Source: Corallococcus coralloides (lineage in GTDB: Bacteria; Myxococcota; Myxococcia; Myxococcales; Myxococcaceae). Taken from it: a DNA stretch of 64,000 nucleotides. The DNA lies in assembly GCF_044792175.1 (NCBI RefSeq), contig NZ_CP172866.1, one strand, 5' to 3'. Below are positions 56,992 through 64,000 of this stretch, piece after piece (positions within the stretch are counted from its first letter, which is position 1; each line of letters opens with the position of its first letter). Under the pieces are notes generated by a model. It saw only the letters and a program-made list of their open reading frames with translations. It made no database searches and was not told the DNA's origin. The position numbers were made by a program, and so were the translations under genes.

Positions 56992-57066
56992 GCGGGAATA
57001 GCTCAGCGGTAGAGCATCGCCTTGCCAAGGCGAGGGTCGAGGGTTCAAATCCCTTTTCCCGCTCCA
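56992..57066 (+). tRNA. tRNA-Gly (anticodon GCC), identical tandem copy
   Basis: Exact duplicate of the upstream tRNA. The spacer preceding it (gtacctgatgcgg) is also duplicated. Confidence 0.9.
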
Positions 57067-57072
57067 ATCGAA

Positions 57073-57106
57073 GGCCCTCTGGGAAACCAGGGGGCCTTTT
57101 TCTTTT
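57073..57106 (+). terminator. intrinsic (Rho-independent) terminator
   Basis: GC-rich hairpin ggccctctggg-aaa-ccagggggcc followed by TTTTTCTTTT, immediately after the second tRNA. Confidence 0.6.
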
Positions 57107-57199
57107 CCCAGCCGGCCTCCTGGCGGCGCGCGAGGCCTGCCGGCCAGACGGGCTTTCGCGTGGATGGCTGGAGTCCCATGCCTGACACCTTCCGGGGGC

Positions 57200-58000
57200 A
57201 TGAGGTATGGATGGCGCCGCATGCTTCGCAACCTCCGTGAGCTCTACCAGTACCGGGGCCTCCTGCTCAGCCTGACCCAGCGGGAACTGAAGGCCCGGTA
57301 CCGGAACTCGGTGCTCGGCTTCTTCTGGACGTTCCTCAACCCGATGCTGCAGATGGGCGTCTACTCGCTGCTCTTCACCGTCTACATGCGGCAGAAGATC
57401 CCCGGGTACACGTTCTTCGTCTTCGTGGGGCTGCTGCCGTGGATCTGGTTCTCCACGTCCCTGGGGACGGGGGCCAGCGCCATCAGCGACCGGCGCGACC
57501 TGCTCACCAAGGTGCGCTTCCCCGCGCAGGTGCTCCCGGCCACGGTGGTGGTGACCAACCTGTGCAACTACGTGCTGTCCCTGCCGCTGATGGTGGCGCT
57601 GGGGCTCTTGCTGGGCTACGTGCCCAGTTGGCACGTGGTGGCGTTCCCGGTGGTTCTGCTCACCCAGCTCTGCATGACGGTGGCGCTGGTCTACATCGTG
57701 TCCGCGCTCAACGTGACGTTCCGGGACCTGCAGCAGATCATCGCCAACCTGCTGACGATGTGGTTCTTCGTCACGCCGGTGTTCTACCGGGTGGACTCGC
57801 TGCCGGAGGCGGTGCGGGCGCCCGTGGTGCTGCTCAACCCCATGGCGGTGATGGTGACGTCGTACCAGGCCATCTTCTACGAACATCAACTGCCGCAGCC
57901 CGGCCCGCTCCTGATGTGGATGGGCATCTCCCTGGCGCTGCTGTGGATCGCGGCGGGCATCTTCGAGCGCCGCCGCGAGGACTTCGCGGAGTTCATATGA
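57200..58000 (+). CDS. wzm: ABC-2 type polysaccharide/O-antigen exporter permease (Wzm/KpsM-like)
   Basis: Six TM helices with the ABC-2 N-terminal motif RELYQYRGLLLSLTQRELKARYRNSVLGFFW. The start is uncertain and could be 57164, 57200 or 57221. Confidence 0.8.
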   Translation: MRYGWRRMLRNLRELYQYRGLLLSLTQRELKARYRNSVLGFFWTFLNPMLQMGVYSLLFTVYMRQKIPGYTFFVFVGLLPWIWFSTSLGTGASAISDRRDLLTKVRFPAQVLPATVVVTNLCNYVLSLPLMVALGLLLGYVPSWHVVAFPVVLLTQLCMTVALVYIVSALNVTFRDLQQIIANLLTMWFFVTPVFYRVDSLPEAVRAPVVLLNPMAVMVTSYQAIFYEHQLPQPGPLLMWMGISLALLWIAAGIFERRREDFAEFI

Positions 58001-59307
58001 CCAGCGCCATCGCGTCTCCGGACGCCATCGTGCTCCGCAACGTGGTGAAGCGCTTCCGGAAGAGCACCATCCGGCGCGAGTACACCACCATCAAGTCGGA
58101 GCTCATCCGCTTCCTGCGAGGCCAGCGCGACACGGACGGCAAGTCCATGATCGAAGCGCTCCGGGGCATCGACCTGGTGGTGCCCCGTGGCAAGACGGTG
58201 GGCATCATCGGGCGCAACGGCTCCGGCAAGAGCACGCTGCTCAAGCTCATCTCCGGCATCTACACGCCGACCACGGGCACCATCGACATCAACGGGCGCA
58301 TCAGCGCGCTGTTGGACCTGGGCGCGGGCTTCCACCCGGACTTCTCCGGCCGGGAGAACATCCTCATCAACGGCATCATCCTGGGGATGTCGCGCGCGGA
58401 GGTGAAGGCGCGCATGGAGGAGATCATCGCCTTCAGCGAGCTGGGCGACTTCATCGACGAGCCGGTGCGCACCTACTCCAGCGGCATGTACATGCGCCTG
58501 GCGTTCTCAGTGGCCACGCACGTGGACCCGGACATCCTCATCATCGACGAGATCCTCGCCGTCGGTGACGAGCACTTCGGCAAGAAGAGCCTGGCGAAGA
58601 TGACGGAGTTCAAGCGGGCCGGGAAGACCATCGTCATCGTCACCCACGACCTGGGGACGCTGGAGCGCTGGTGCGACCTGGGCGCGTGGATCGACGCCGG
58701 GCGCATCCGCGAGTTCGGCCCGCCCGCGGACGTCATCCGCAGCTACCGCCGCGCGGTGGAGCTGGCGGAGGAGCGCGGCATGTCCATGGAGGCGCCCGCG
58801 CTGGCGTCGGACGGGGGCGCGCTGCCCTCGCTGGCGGCGCCCCAGGCCGAACCGTCTCCGCTCACCCTGGAGGCGGTGACGCTGAAGGGCCGGGACGGCG
58901 GGGCGGTGGAGTGCGTGGACACCGAGGACGGCCTGGAGCTGAGCGTCGCGTACACCGCGAATGCGCCCGCGCCGGAGCTGGGCCTGGGGCTGGAGCTCCT
59001 CCGGGCGGACGGGGTGCTGGTGCACGCCACGGACACGTTCGCGGAGGAGGTGCCCTTCTGCGCGGCGGCGGCAGGCAGCGGGACGGTGCGCTTCGTGGTG
59101 GACCGGCTGGGCCTCACCGCGGGGCGCTACGCGTTCACGGTGGTGGTGCGCGACCGGGCGGGGCAGGTGCGGGAGAAGCGCGAGGCGGCGTGCGCCTTCG
59201 AGGTGCGCTCCGGCGTGCGGGATGGCGGGGTGACGCGGCCTCCACACCGGTGGATTGTCGAGGGCGCCGCGGCTCGCGTGGCGCCGGTGCGAGACGTCGG
59301 CTCGTGA
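57997..59307 (+). CDS. wzt: ABC exporter ATP-binding protein with C-terminal carbohydrate-binding extension (Wzt/KpsT-like)
   Basis: ATGA overlap with the permease. Walker A GRNGSGKST, signature YSSGMYMRLAF, Walker B ILIIDE. A beta-rich C-terminal domain of about 170 aa is appended. Confidence 0.85.
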   Translation: MTSAIASPDAIVLRNVVKRFRKSTIRREYTTIKSELIRFLRGQRDTDGKSMIEALRGIDLVVPRGKTVGIIGRNGSGKSTLLKLISGIYTPTTGTIDINGRISALLDLGAGFHPDFSGRENILINGIILGMSRAEVKARMEEIIAFSELGDFIDEPVRTYSSGMYMRLAFSVATHVDPDILIIDEILAVGDEHFGKKSLAKMTEFKRAGKTIVIVTHDLGTLERWCDLGAWIDAGRIREFGPPADVIRSYRRAVELAEERGMSMEAPALASDGGALPSLAAPQAEPSPLTLEAVTLKGRDGGAVECVDTEDGLELSVAYTANAPAPELGLGLELLRADGVLVHATDTFAEEVPFCAAAAGSGTVRFVVDRLGLTAGRYAFTVVVRDRAGQVREKREAACAFEVRSGVRDGGVTRPPHRWIVEGAAARVAPVRDVGS

Positions 59308-60155
59308 GCGGCCCTGCTTCGGCGAACGGGGGGGGGCCGGGCATCTGGCTGGGCATCGTGCTTTACCGGAACCCGGAGCGGGAGCTGGAGCGACTGTGGG
59401 AGTCGCTCCGGTGGAACCGCGAGGTCCCGGGTGCGCCCGCGTTCCGGGTCGTCTGGCTGGACAACTCGCCGGACGACACGCTGCGCGCGCGGGTGGAGCG
59501 GCTGGACGCGGACGCGGACTACCGGCACGCGGGCGGCAACCTGGGCTTCGGGGCCGCGCACAACCGGCTGATGGCGGAGGCCTTCGGCTCGGGAGGGGCG
59601 CGGTACTACGTCTGCGTGAACCCGGACGGGCTGCTGCATCCGGACTGCGTGCGGGAGCTGGCCCGCGAGGCGGATCAGCGCGCGGACACGGGGCTGGTGG
59701 AGGCGCGGCTGTTCCCGGACGAGCACCCCAAGCCGTACCACCCGGCGACGGGCGAGACGCCCTGGTGCAGCGGCTGCGTGCTGCTGGTGACGAAGCGGCT
59801 GCACGCGCGGGTGGGGGGCTTCGACGAGCGCTTCTTCATGTACTGCGAGGACGTGGACCTGTCGTGGCGCGCGAGGGCCTCCGGGCTGTCCATCCGGGTG
59901 GCGCCCGCCGCGCTGGTGCACCACTACACCGTCACCCGCGAGGAGAGCCCGGTGCGCGAGCGGATGGTCCGCCGCAGCGCGGCCCTGCTCGGGGCGAAGT
60001 ACGGGGACGCGGCGTTCATGAACGCCCGCCTGCGGGAGTACGCGCAGTTGGGCGGCGAGCCGTTCCCGACGCCGGACGTCCTCAAGCCCGGCCGGAAGCT
60101 CGCGGGCATCGCGGACTTCAGGCACCACCTGGAGTTCGCCCGGAGGCGCTGGTGA
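59304..60155 (+). CDS. family 2 glycosyltransferase
   Basis: GTGA overlap with wzt. GT-A features include a DXD-like CEDVD motif and YVCVNPDGLL. Confidence 0.7.
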   Translation: MSGPASANGGGPGIWLGIVLYRNPERELERLWESLRWNREVPGAPAFRVVWLDNSPDDTLRARVERLDADADYRHAGGNLGFGAAHNRLMAEAFGSGGARYYVCVNPDGLLHPDCVRELAREADQRADTGLVEARLFPDEHPKPYHPATGETPWCSGCVLLVTKRLHARVGGFDERFFMYCEDVDLSWRARASGLSIRVAPAALVHHYTVTREESPVRERMVRRSAALLGAKYGDAAFMNARLREYAQLGGEPFPTPDVLKPGRKLAGIADFRHHLEFARRRW

Positions 60156-61573
60156 ACGCTCTATCCGAGGAGGCCTCCCCGTCCGCCGCGACCGAGCGGT
60201 GGATGGAGTGGGTGCGGTCGCGTGCGCGCGCGGGCGCGGTGGTGAGCCTGGTGGGCGCGTCGCCCGCGCTGGCGGAGGCCCTGCGGGCCCGGGGCCTCTC
60301 CGTGCGGGCGCTGCCGGGGCCGGAGTGGAAGCGGGGCAAGGGGCCCGCGCCGTCGCTGGTGGTGCTGGAGGGCGACGCGGTCGAGCGGGTGCTGGAGGAG
60401 GGGCTGGAGGCGCTGCGGCGCGAGGCGCCGGGGGCGGAGCTGGTGTTCGGCCTGCGCAACGCGGGCTCGGCGCGGGCGTTGATGGGCGCGCTGACGGGCG
60501 AGGCGCCGGTGCGCGCGGGGCTCTCCGAGCAGCGGATGTTGCGGCGGCTGGCCGAGGCGGGCTACCGCGTGGCGCACCGCGAGGTGGTGCCGTGCGCGTC
60601 CGGAGGCACGGCGCTGGCGGAGGACACCGCGCAGGCGCTGCGGGCGGTGCTGGCCCAGGTGTCGCCGTCCACGCAGGTGGAGGAGGGGCTCTACGTCGCG
60701 GTGCCGGACGAGCCCGTGCGCGCGCTGGTGGCGGGGCTGCTCAGCGTCGTCGTCACGGTGGATCCGGGGGCGCGGGACGCGGCGCTCGACGAGGCGCTCT
60801 TCGCGCTGGCCTGTCAGGAGCAGCAGCCGTTGGAGTTGCTGCTCGCGGCGCCCGAGGGCGTGGACCTGTCCGCGGCGGAGGCGGCGCTGGAGCGCTACGG
60901 CAGGCTGGGGTCGTTCCAGGCGCGCGTCGTGCGTGCGTCCTCGGGGGCCCTGTACGCGGAGGCCGTGCGCGAGGCGCGGGGACAGTACCTGTCATTCGTG
61001 GACGCGCGGTGCCTGGTGTATCCGCGTCACTACGTGGAGCTGGTGCGCGCGCTCCAGACGGGCCGCGAGGCCTGGGCGGTGGCGCGGGCGTTCCGCACCG
61101 AGTGGGCGTCCAGTGAGGGAACTCCGCCCTACGTGCGCGCGAAGGTGCCATTCCCGCTGGGTGAGCGGCTGGAGGTGGAGCACCTGGTGCAGCATCCGGA
61201 GCTCGTCCACGCGATGGTGATCGACCGGGGTCGCATCGGTCCCTTCGCGGTGGCGACGGAGTCGGGGCTCGGGGAGCTGCCCGCGCGGCTGGGGGCGTTG
61301 TTTCCGCCGGTGTTCCTGGGCGGCATCGCCTCATGCGAGGTGCGAGGGCCGCGCGAACCGCCGGCGGCCGCGATGGCTCCGGGTACCTGGTTGCTGCGCC
61401 CCCTGGATGCATGGGTGGAGGCCGTGGCGCGGATCCGCGACGAGACGCTCCAGGCCCGGGAGTTCCGCCACAGGATGGTGGACGCGCTGAACGCGCGAGT
61501 CCACGGCATCCCCTGGGTTCACAGCACGCTCAAGACCCTGGCGAACCGGCTCAAGTCCGGCAACGAGCGCTGA
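60152..61573 (+). CDS. hypothetical protein associated with the glycosyltransferase cluster (possible Rossmann-like N-terminus)
   Basis: GTGA overlap with the upstream GT. 473 aa with no clear catalytic motif by eye. Codon usage is consistent with a real gene. Confidence 0.5.
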   Translation: MNALSEEASPSAATERWMEWVRSRARAGAVVSLVGASPALAEALRARGLSVRALPGPEWKRGKGPAPSLVVLEGDAVERVLEEGLEALRREAPGAELVFGLRNAGSARALMGALTGEAPVRAGLSEQRMLRRLAEAGYRVAHREVVPCASGGTALAEDTAQALRAVLAQVSPSTQVEEGLYVAVPDEPVRALVAGLLSVVVTVDPGARDAALDEALFALACQEQQPLELLLAAPEGVDLSAAEAALERYGRLGSFQARVVRASSGALYAEAVREARGQYLSFVDARCLVYPRHYVELVRALQTGREAWAVARAFRTEWASSEGTPPYVRAKVPFPLGERLEVEHLVQHPELVHAMVIDRGRIGPFAVATESGLGELPARLGALFPPVFLGGIASCEVRGPREPPAAAMAPGTWLLRPLDAWVEAVARIRDETLQAREFRHRMVDALNARVHGIPWVHSTLKTLANRLKSGNER

Positions 61574-61577
61574 GCCG

Positions 61578-63845
61578 ATGGGCACCGCCGACAGCGAGGG
61601 CCCACGCAACCCGCGAGGGACGTCAGGCGTCGGGGGCGCGACGTTGGACCCGACCAATCCAAAGGCATCCTCTGCTTCGTCCGGAGCTGCCGGTGGCCGG
61701 GCGGGTCCGCCGCACGATGTCTTCGTCGAGGTGCTGGGCTTCGACGTGCCTCGGTCGCACCGCGCGCGCTGGGGCCCGATCATCACCGCCGCCAAGCGCT
61801 GGGGCACGCGGGGGCTTTCTCCCTTGCAGCGGTGGGTGCTGGACCGCCAACTGCGCTTTGACCTGCGGCTGAGAGCGTTGATCCGGGCGCCGGACCACAC
61901 GCTTTCGGAGCGAGCCCGTGAGGAACTGTCGCGACTCGCGGATCCGCGTCCCGGGGGCGCGGTGGGCCGGTGGCTTCCCTCCGTGCCGGGGCTGGAGGCG
62001 CAGCGGGCCTGGAACCTCGCGGTCGTGGCCCTGCTCTCCAATGCCGGGTGGCCCCTTCGGACCGAGGGCGCCGCCGAGGCGCTGGACGCACTGGAAGCCC
62101 GCTGCGACGTGCTGTCTCAAGAGGCCCGAGCCGTGGGTCTTCCCCTGTGGCGCGAGCTGTGGCGCCGGCAGGTCGCCTTCAATCACGCGACCGTGCGCCT
62201 GTTGCGGCACCTCCTGGGCGCGGCCCGTCCTGTCGTGCTGTTGCCCGCGCCGGAGTCGTACACGCGCGAGGCCCTGGCGCAGGAAGCCCGTGAGGTCCGC
62301 GACGCGACCGCCGCGCTGGCCCGGCTGGCGCACCGGCCTCGGATCAGCCTCGTCACTCCTGCCTGGGAGACGCCGGTGGACGTCCTCCGCGCGTGCGTCG
62401 CGTCCGTGCGCGCTCAGGAGTATCCGCACTGGGAGCTGTGCATCGTGGACGACGGCTCGCGCTCGGCGGCGGTCGCGGACGTGCTGCGTGAGGCCGCGGC
62501 CGGCGACGCGCGGATCCGCTTCGAGCGGCTGGAGTCGAACCAGGGCATCGCCCGCGCGACCAACGCGGCGCTGGCACTGGCCACCGGCGAGTACGTGGGC
62601 TTCCTCGACCATGACGACCTGCTCGCGCCGCACGCGCTGGCCGAGGTCGCGCTGCGGCTTGGGGAGACTCCGGACGCGGATGTCGTCTACTCGGACGAGG
62701 ACAAGGTGGACGCGCGGGGGCTGCGCTTCGCGCCCTACCTGAAGCCCGCGCTGTCCCCGGAGCTGCTGCGCGCGGTGAACTACGTGTGCCACTTCCTCGT
62801 GGTGCGCGCATCGCTGCTGCGCGAGGTGGGAGGCATCCGCCCGGGCTTCGAGGGCGCGCAGGACCATGACCTGCTCCTGCGCCTGATGGAGCGCACTCCG
62901 CGCTTCGAACACATCCCCCGCGTGCTCTACCACTGGCGGACGCTGCCCGGCTCCACGGCCACGGACGCCAGCGCGAAGCCCGCGGCCTCCGAAGCGGGCC
63001 GCAGGGCCGTGGCGGAGCACCTGGCGCGCATGGGGGAGGGCGGCTCGGCGGAGACGGTCGCGCCAGGGCTGTACCGCATCCGCCACCCGCTCGTGGGCCG
63101 CCCGCGGGTGTCCGTGCTGCTCTCGGAATCACCCACCGACTCCGAGCTCGCGGCGCTCCTCGCCTTCACGGATGACCTGGACGTGGAGGTCCGCGTCCCT
63201 GTTCCGTCTCCCGGCGCCGCCTCCACCAGCAACGTCATCCCCGTCGAAGTGGACGCGGCCTTGACCCCGGGCGCCGTGGCGAACCGGCTGCTGCGCGAGG
63301 CCCGGGGCGAGCTCATCCTCGTCCTGGAGGCCGGCACGCTCCCGACCGGACCGGGGTGGCTGAGGGAGCTCGCGTCACAGGCCTCGCGCCCCGGCGTCGG
63401 CGTGGTGGGCGCGCGCATCGTCTCTCCCGGAGGACAGGTGCTGGAGGCCGGCCTGCGCTTCGACGCCGAGGGCCGGGTGCTGCGCCCCTTCGCGGGGCAG
63501 TTCGATCCCACGCTCGGCGCGTTCGGCGGCTCGCATTGGCCCCGGGACGTGCGCGCCGTCTCCAGCGCCTGCGCGATGATCCGCCGCGAGGTCCTGGAGT
63601 CACTCGGTGGTTGGGACGCGGCCTTCACGTCCGACGAGGCCCGGGGCGTGGACCTGTGCCTGCGCGCGGGCGAAGCCGGGCTGCGTGTCCTCTACGCTCC
63701 CCATGCGCGCCTCGTGCGCACCCGTGCGCGGGAGGGCGCACCTGCGGCTTCCCACGATGCCGACCGGCTCCGTGAAGCGTGGGTTCGCGCGGGACGGACC
63801 GACCCCACAGGGCATCCGCGGCTCGGCTTCGTCCAGACACCGTAG
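61578..63845 (+). CDS. two-domain family 2 glycosyltransferase
   Basis: 755 aa. The GT2 motif ISLVTPAWETPVDVLRACVASVRAQEYPHWELCIVDDGS and DHDD are present, with a second GT2-like domain at the C-terminus (GVDLCLRAGEAG). Confidence 0.8.
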   Translation: MGTADSEGPRNPRGTSGVGGATLDPTNPKASSASSGAAGGRAGPPHDVFVEVLGFDVPRSHRARWGPIITAAKRWGTRGLSPLQRWVLDRQLRFDLRLRALIRAPDHTLSERAREELSRLADPRPGGAVGRWLPSVPGLEAQRAWNLAVVALLSNAGWPLRTEGAAEALDALEARCDVLSQEARAVGLPLWRELWRRQVAFNHATVRLLRHLLGAARPVVLLPAPESYTREALAQEAREVRDATAALARLAHRPRISLVTPAWETPVDVLRACVASVRAQEYPHWELCIVDDGSRSAAVADVLREAAAGDARIRFERLESNQGIARATNAALALATGEYVGFLDHDDLLAPHALAEVALRLGETPDADVVYSDEDKVDARGLRFAPYLKPALSPELLRAVNYVCHFLVVRASLLREVGGIRPGFEGAQDHDLLLRLMERTPRFEHIPRVLYHWRTLPGSTATDASAKPAASEAGRRAVAEHLARMGEGGSAETVAPGLYRIRHPLVGRPRVSVLLSESPTDSELAALLAFTDDLDVEVRVPVPSPGAASTSNVIPVEVDAALTPGAVANRLLREARGELILVLEAGTLPTGPGWLRELASQASRPGVGVVGARIVSPGGQVLEAGLRFDAEGRVLRPFAGQFDPTLGAFGGSHWPRDVRAVSSACAMIRREVLESLGGWDAAFTSDEARGVDLCLRAGEAGLRVLYAPHARLVRTRAREGAPAASHDADRLREAWVRAGRTDPTGHPRLGFVQTP

Positions 63846-64000
63846 AAAAGAACAGCAAGCGCGCTTCCCTCCATGAGGAGCGGGCGGCCTGCCAGCCTTG
63901 ACGCTCTCAGGGGGGGATGACATGGAGGACATCCGCCAAGGAGAGGGGGGGCGTGCCTTGCCTGCCGCGAGGGTCTGCCTTCCGGACGCCACGAACATGC

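Noticed and set aside
54069-57889. Minus-strand ORFs 54069..55979 (636 aa) and 55784..57889 (701 aa)
   Set aside because: The second runs straight through both tRNA-Gly genes and the terminator. Both are antisense to well-supported + strand genes.
61623-63086. 487-aa minus-strand ORF inside the two-domain GT2 gene
   Set aside because: Antisense shadow. The + strand carries GT2 DxD-containing motifs.

Overview
High-GC (about 70%) bacterial chromosomal segment with dense, codon-biased coding typical of Myxococcales. The gene content and order match what I recall of Myxococcus xanthus and its relatives, but I cannot confirm this without a search. I can support about 58 CDSs, two tandem tRNA-Gly(GCC) genes with a terminator, and one coding tandem repeat. 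Many long ORFs in the six-frame track are antisense or wrong-frame shadows of the real genes and were trimmed or rejected. No CRISPR array, rRNA, transposase or integrase is visible. The centrepiece is a 19-gene co-directional array on the + strand (18.9-39.2 kb) with frequent 4-nt start/stop overlaps. It runs from two stand-alone MshEN (c-di-GMP-binding) proteins through an orphan OppD/OppF ATPase pair, a DUF2085 membrane protein and an ECF sigma/anti-sigma pair to a Tad-like pilus core. That core consists of an Flp-type pilin with G-xxxx-EY motif, CpaB, TadB and TadC but has no CpaF ATPase, secretin or prepilin peptidase in the window. Two bitopic FHA-domain proteins follow, and then xseA-xseB, a single-domain response regulator, ispA-dxs and tlyA. 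This resembles the Tad-like kil contact-killing loci reported in M. xanthus, and the flanking genes could be unrecognised accessory parts of it. Several signalling genes relate to c-di-GMP: an HD-GYP response regulator, two MshEN proteins, and a hybrid histidine kinase with a pseudo-receiver and a degenerate GGDEF domain. A three-bactofilin plus ParB-like block (bacNOP-padC-like) is also present. Towards the 3' end there is an ABC-transporter-dependent polysaccharide or O-antigen cluster (wzm, wzt and glycosyltransferases joined by GTGA overlaps). The 5' part carries a zinc-ribbon membrane protein, MoxR, DUF58 and a RapA-like SNF2 ATPase, all on the minus strand.
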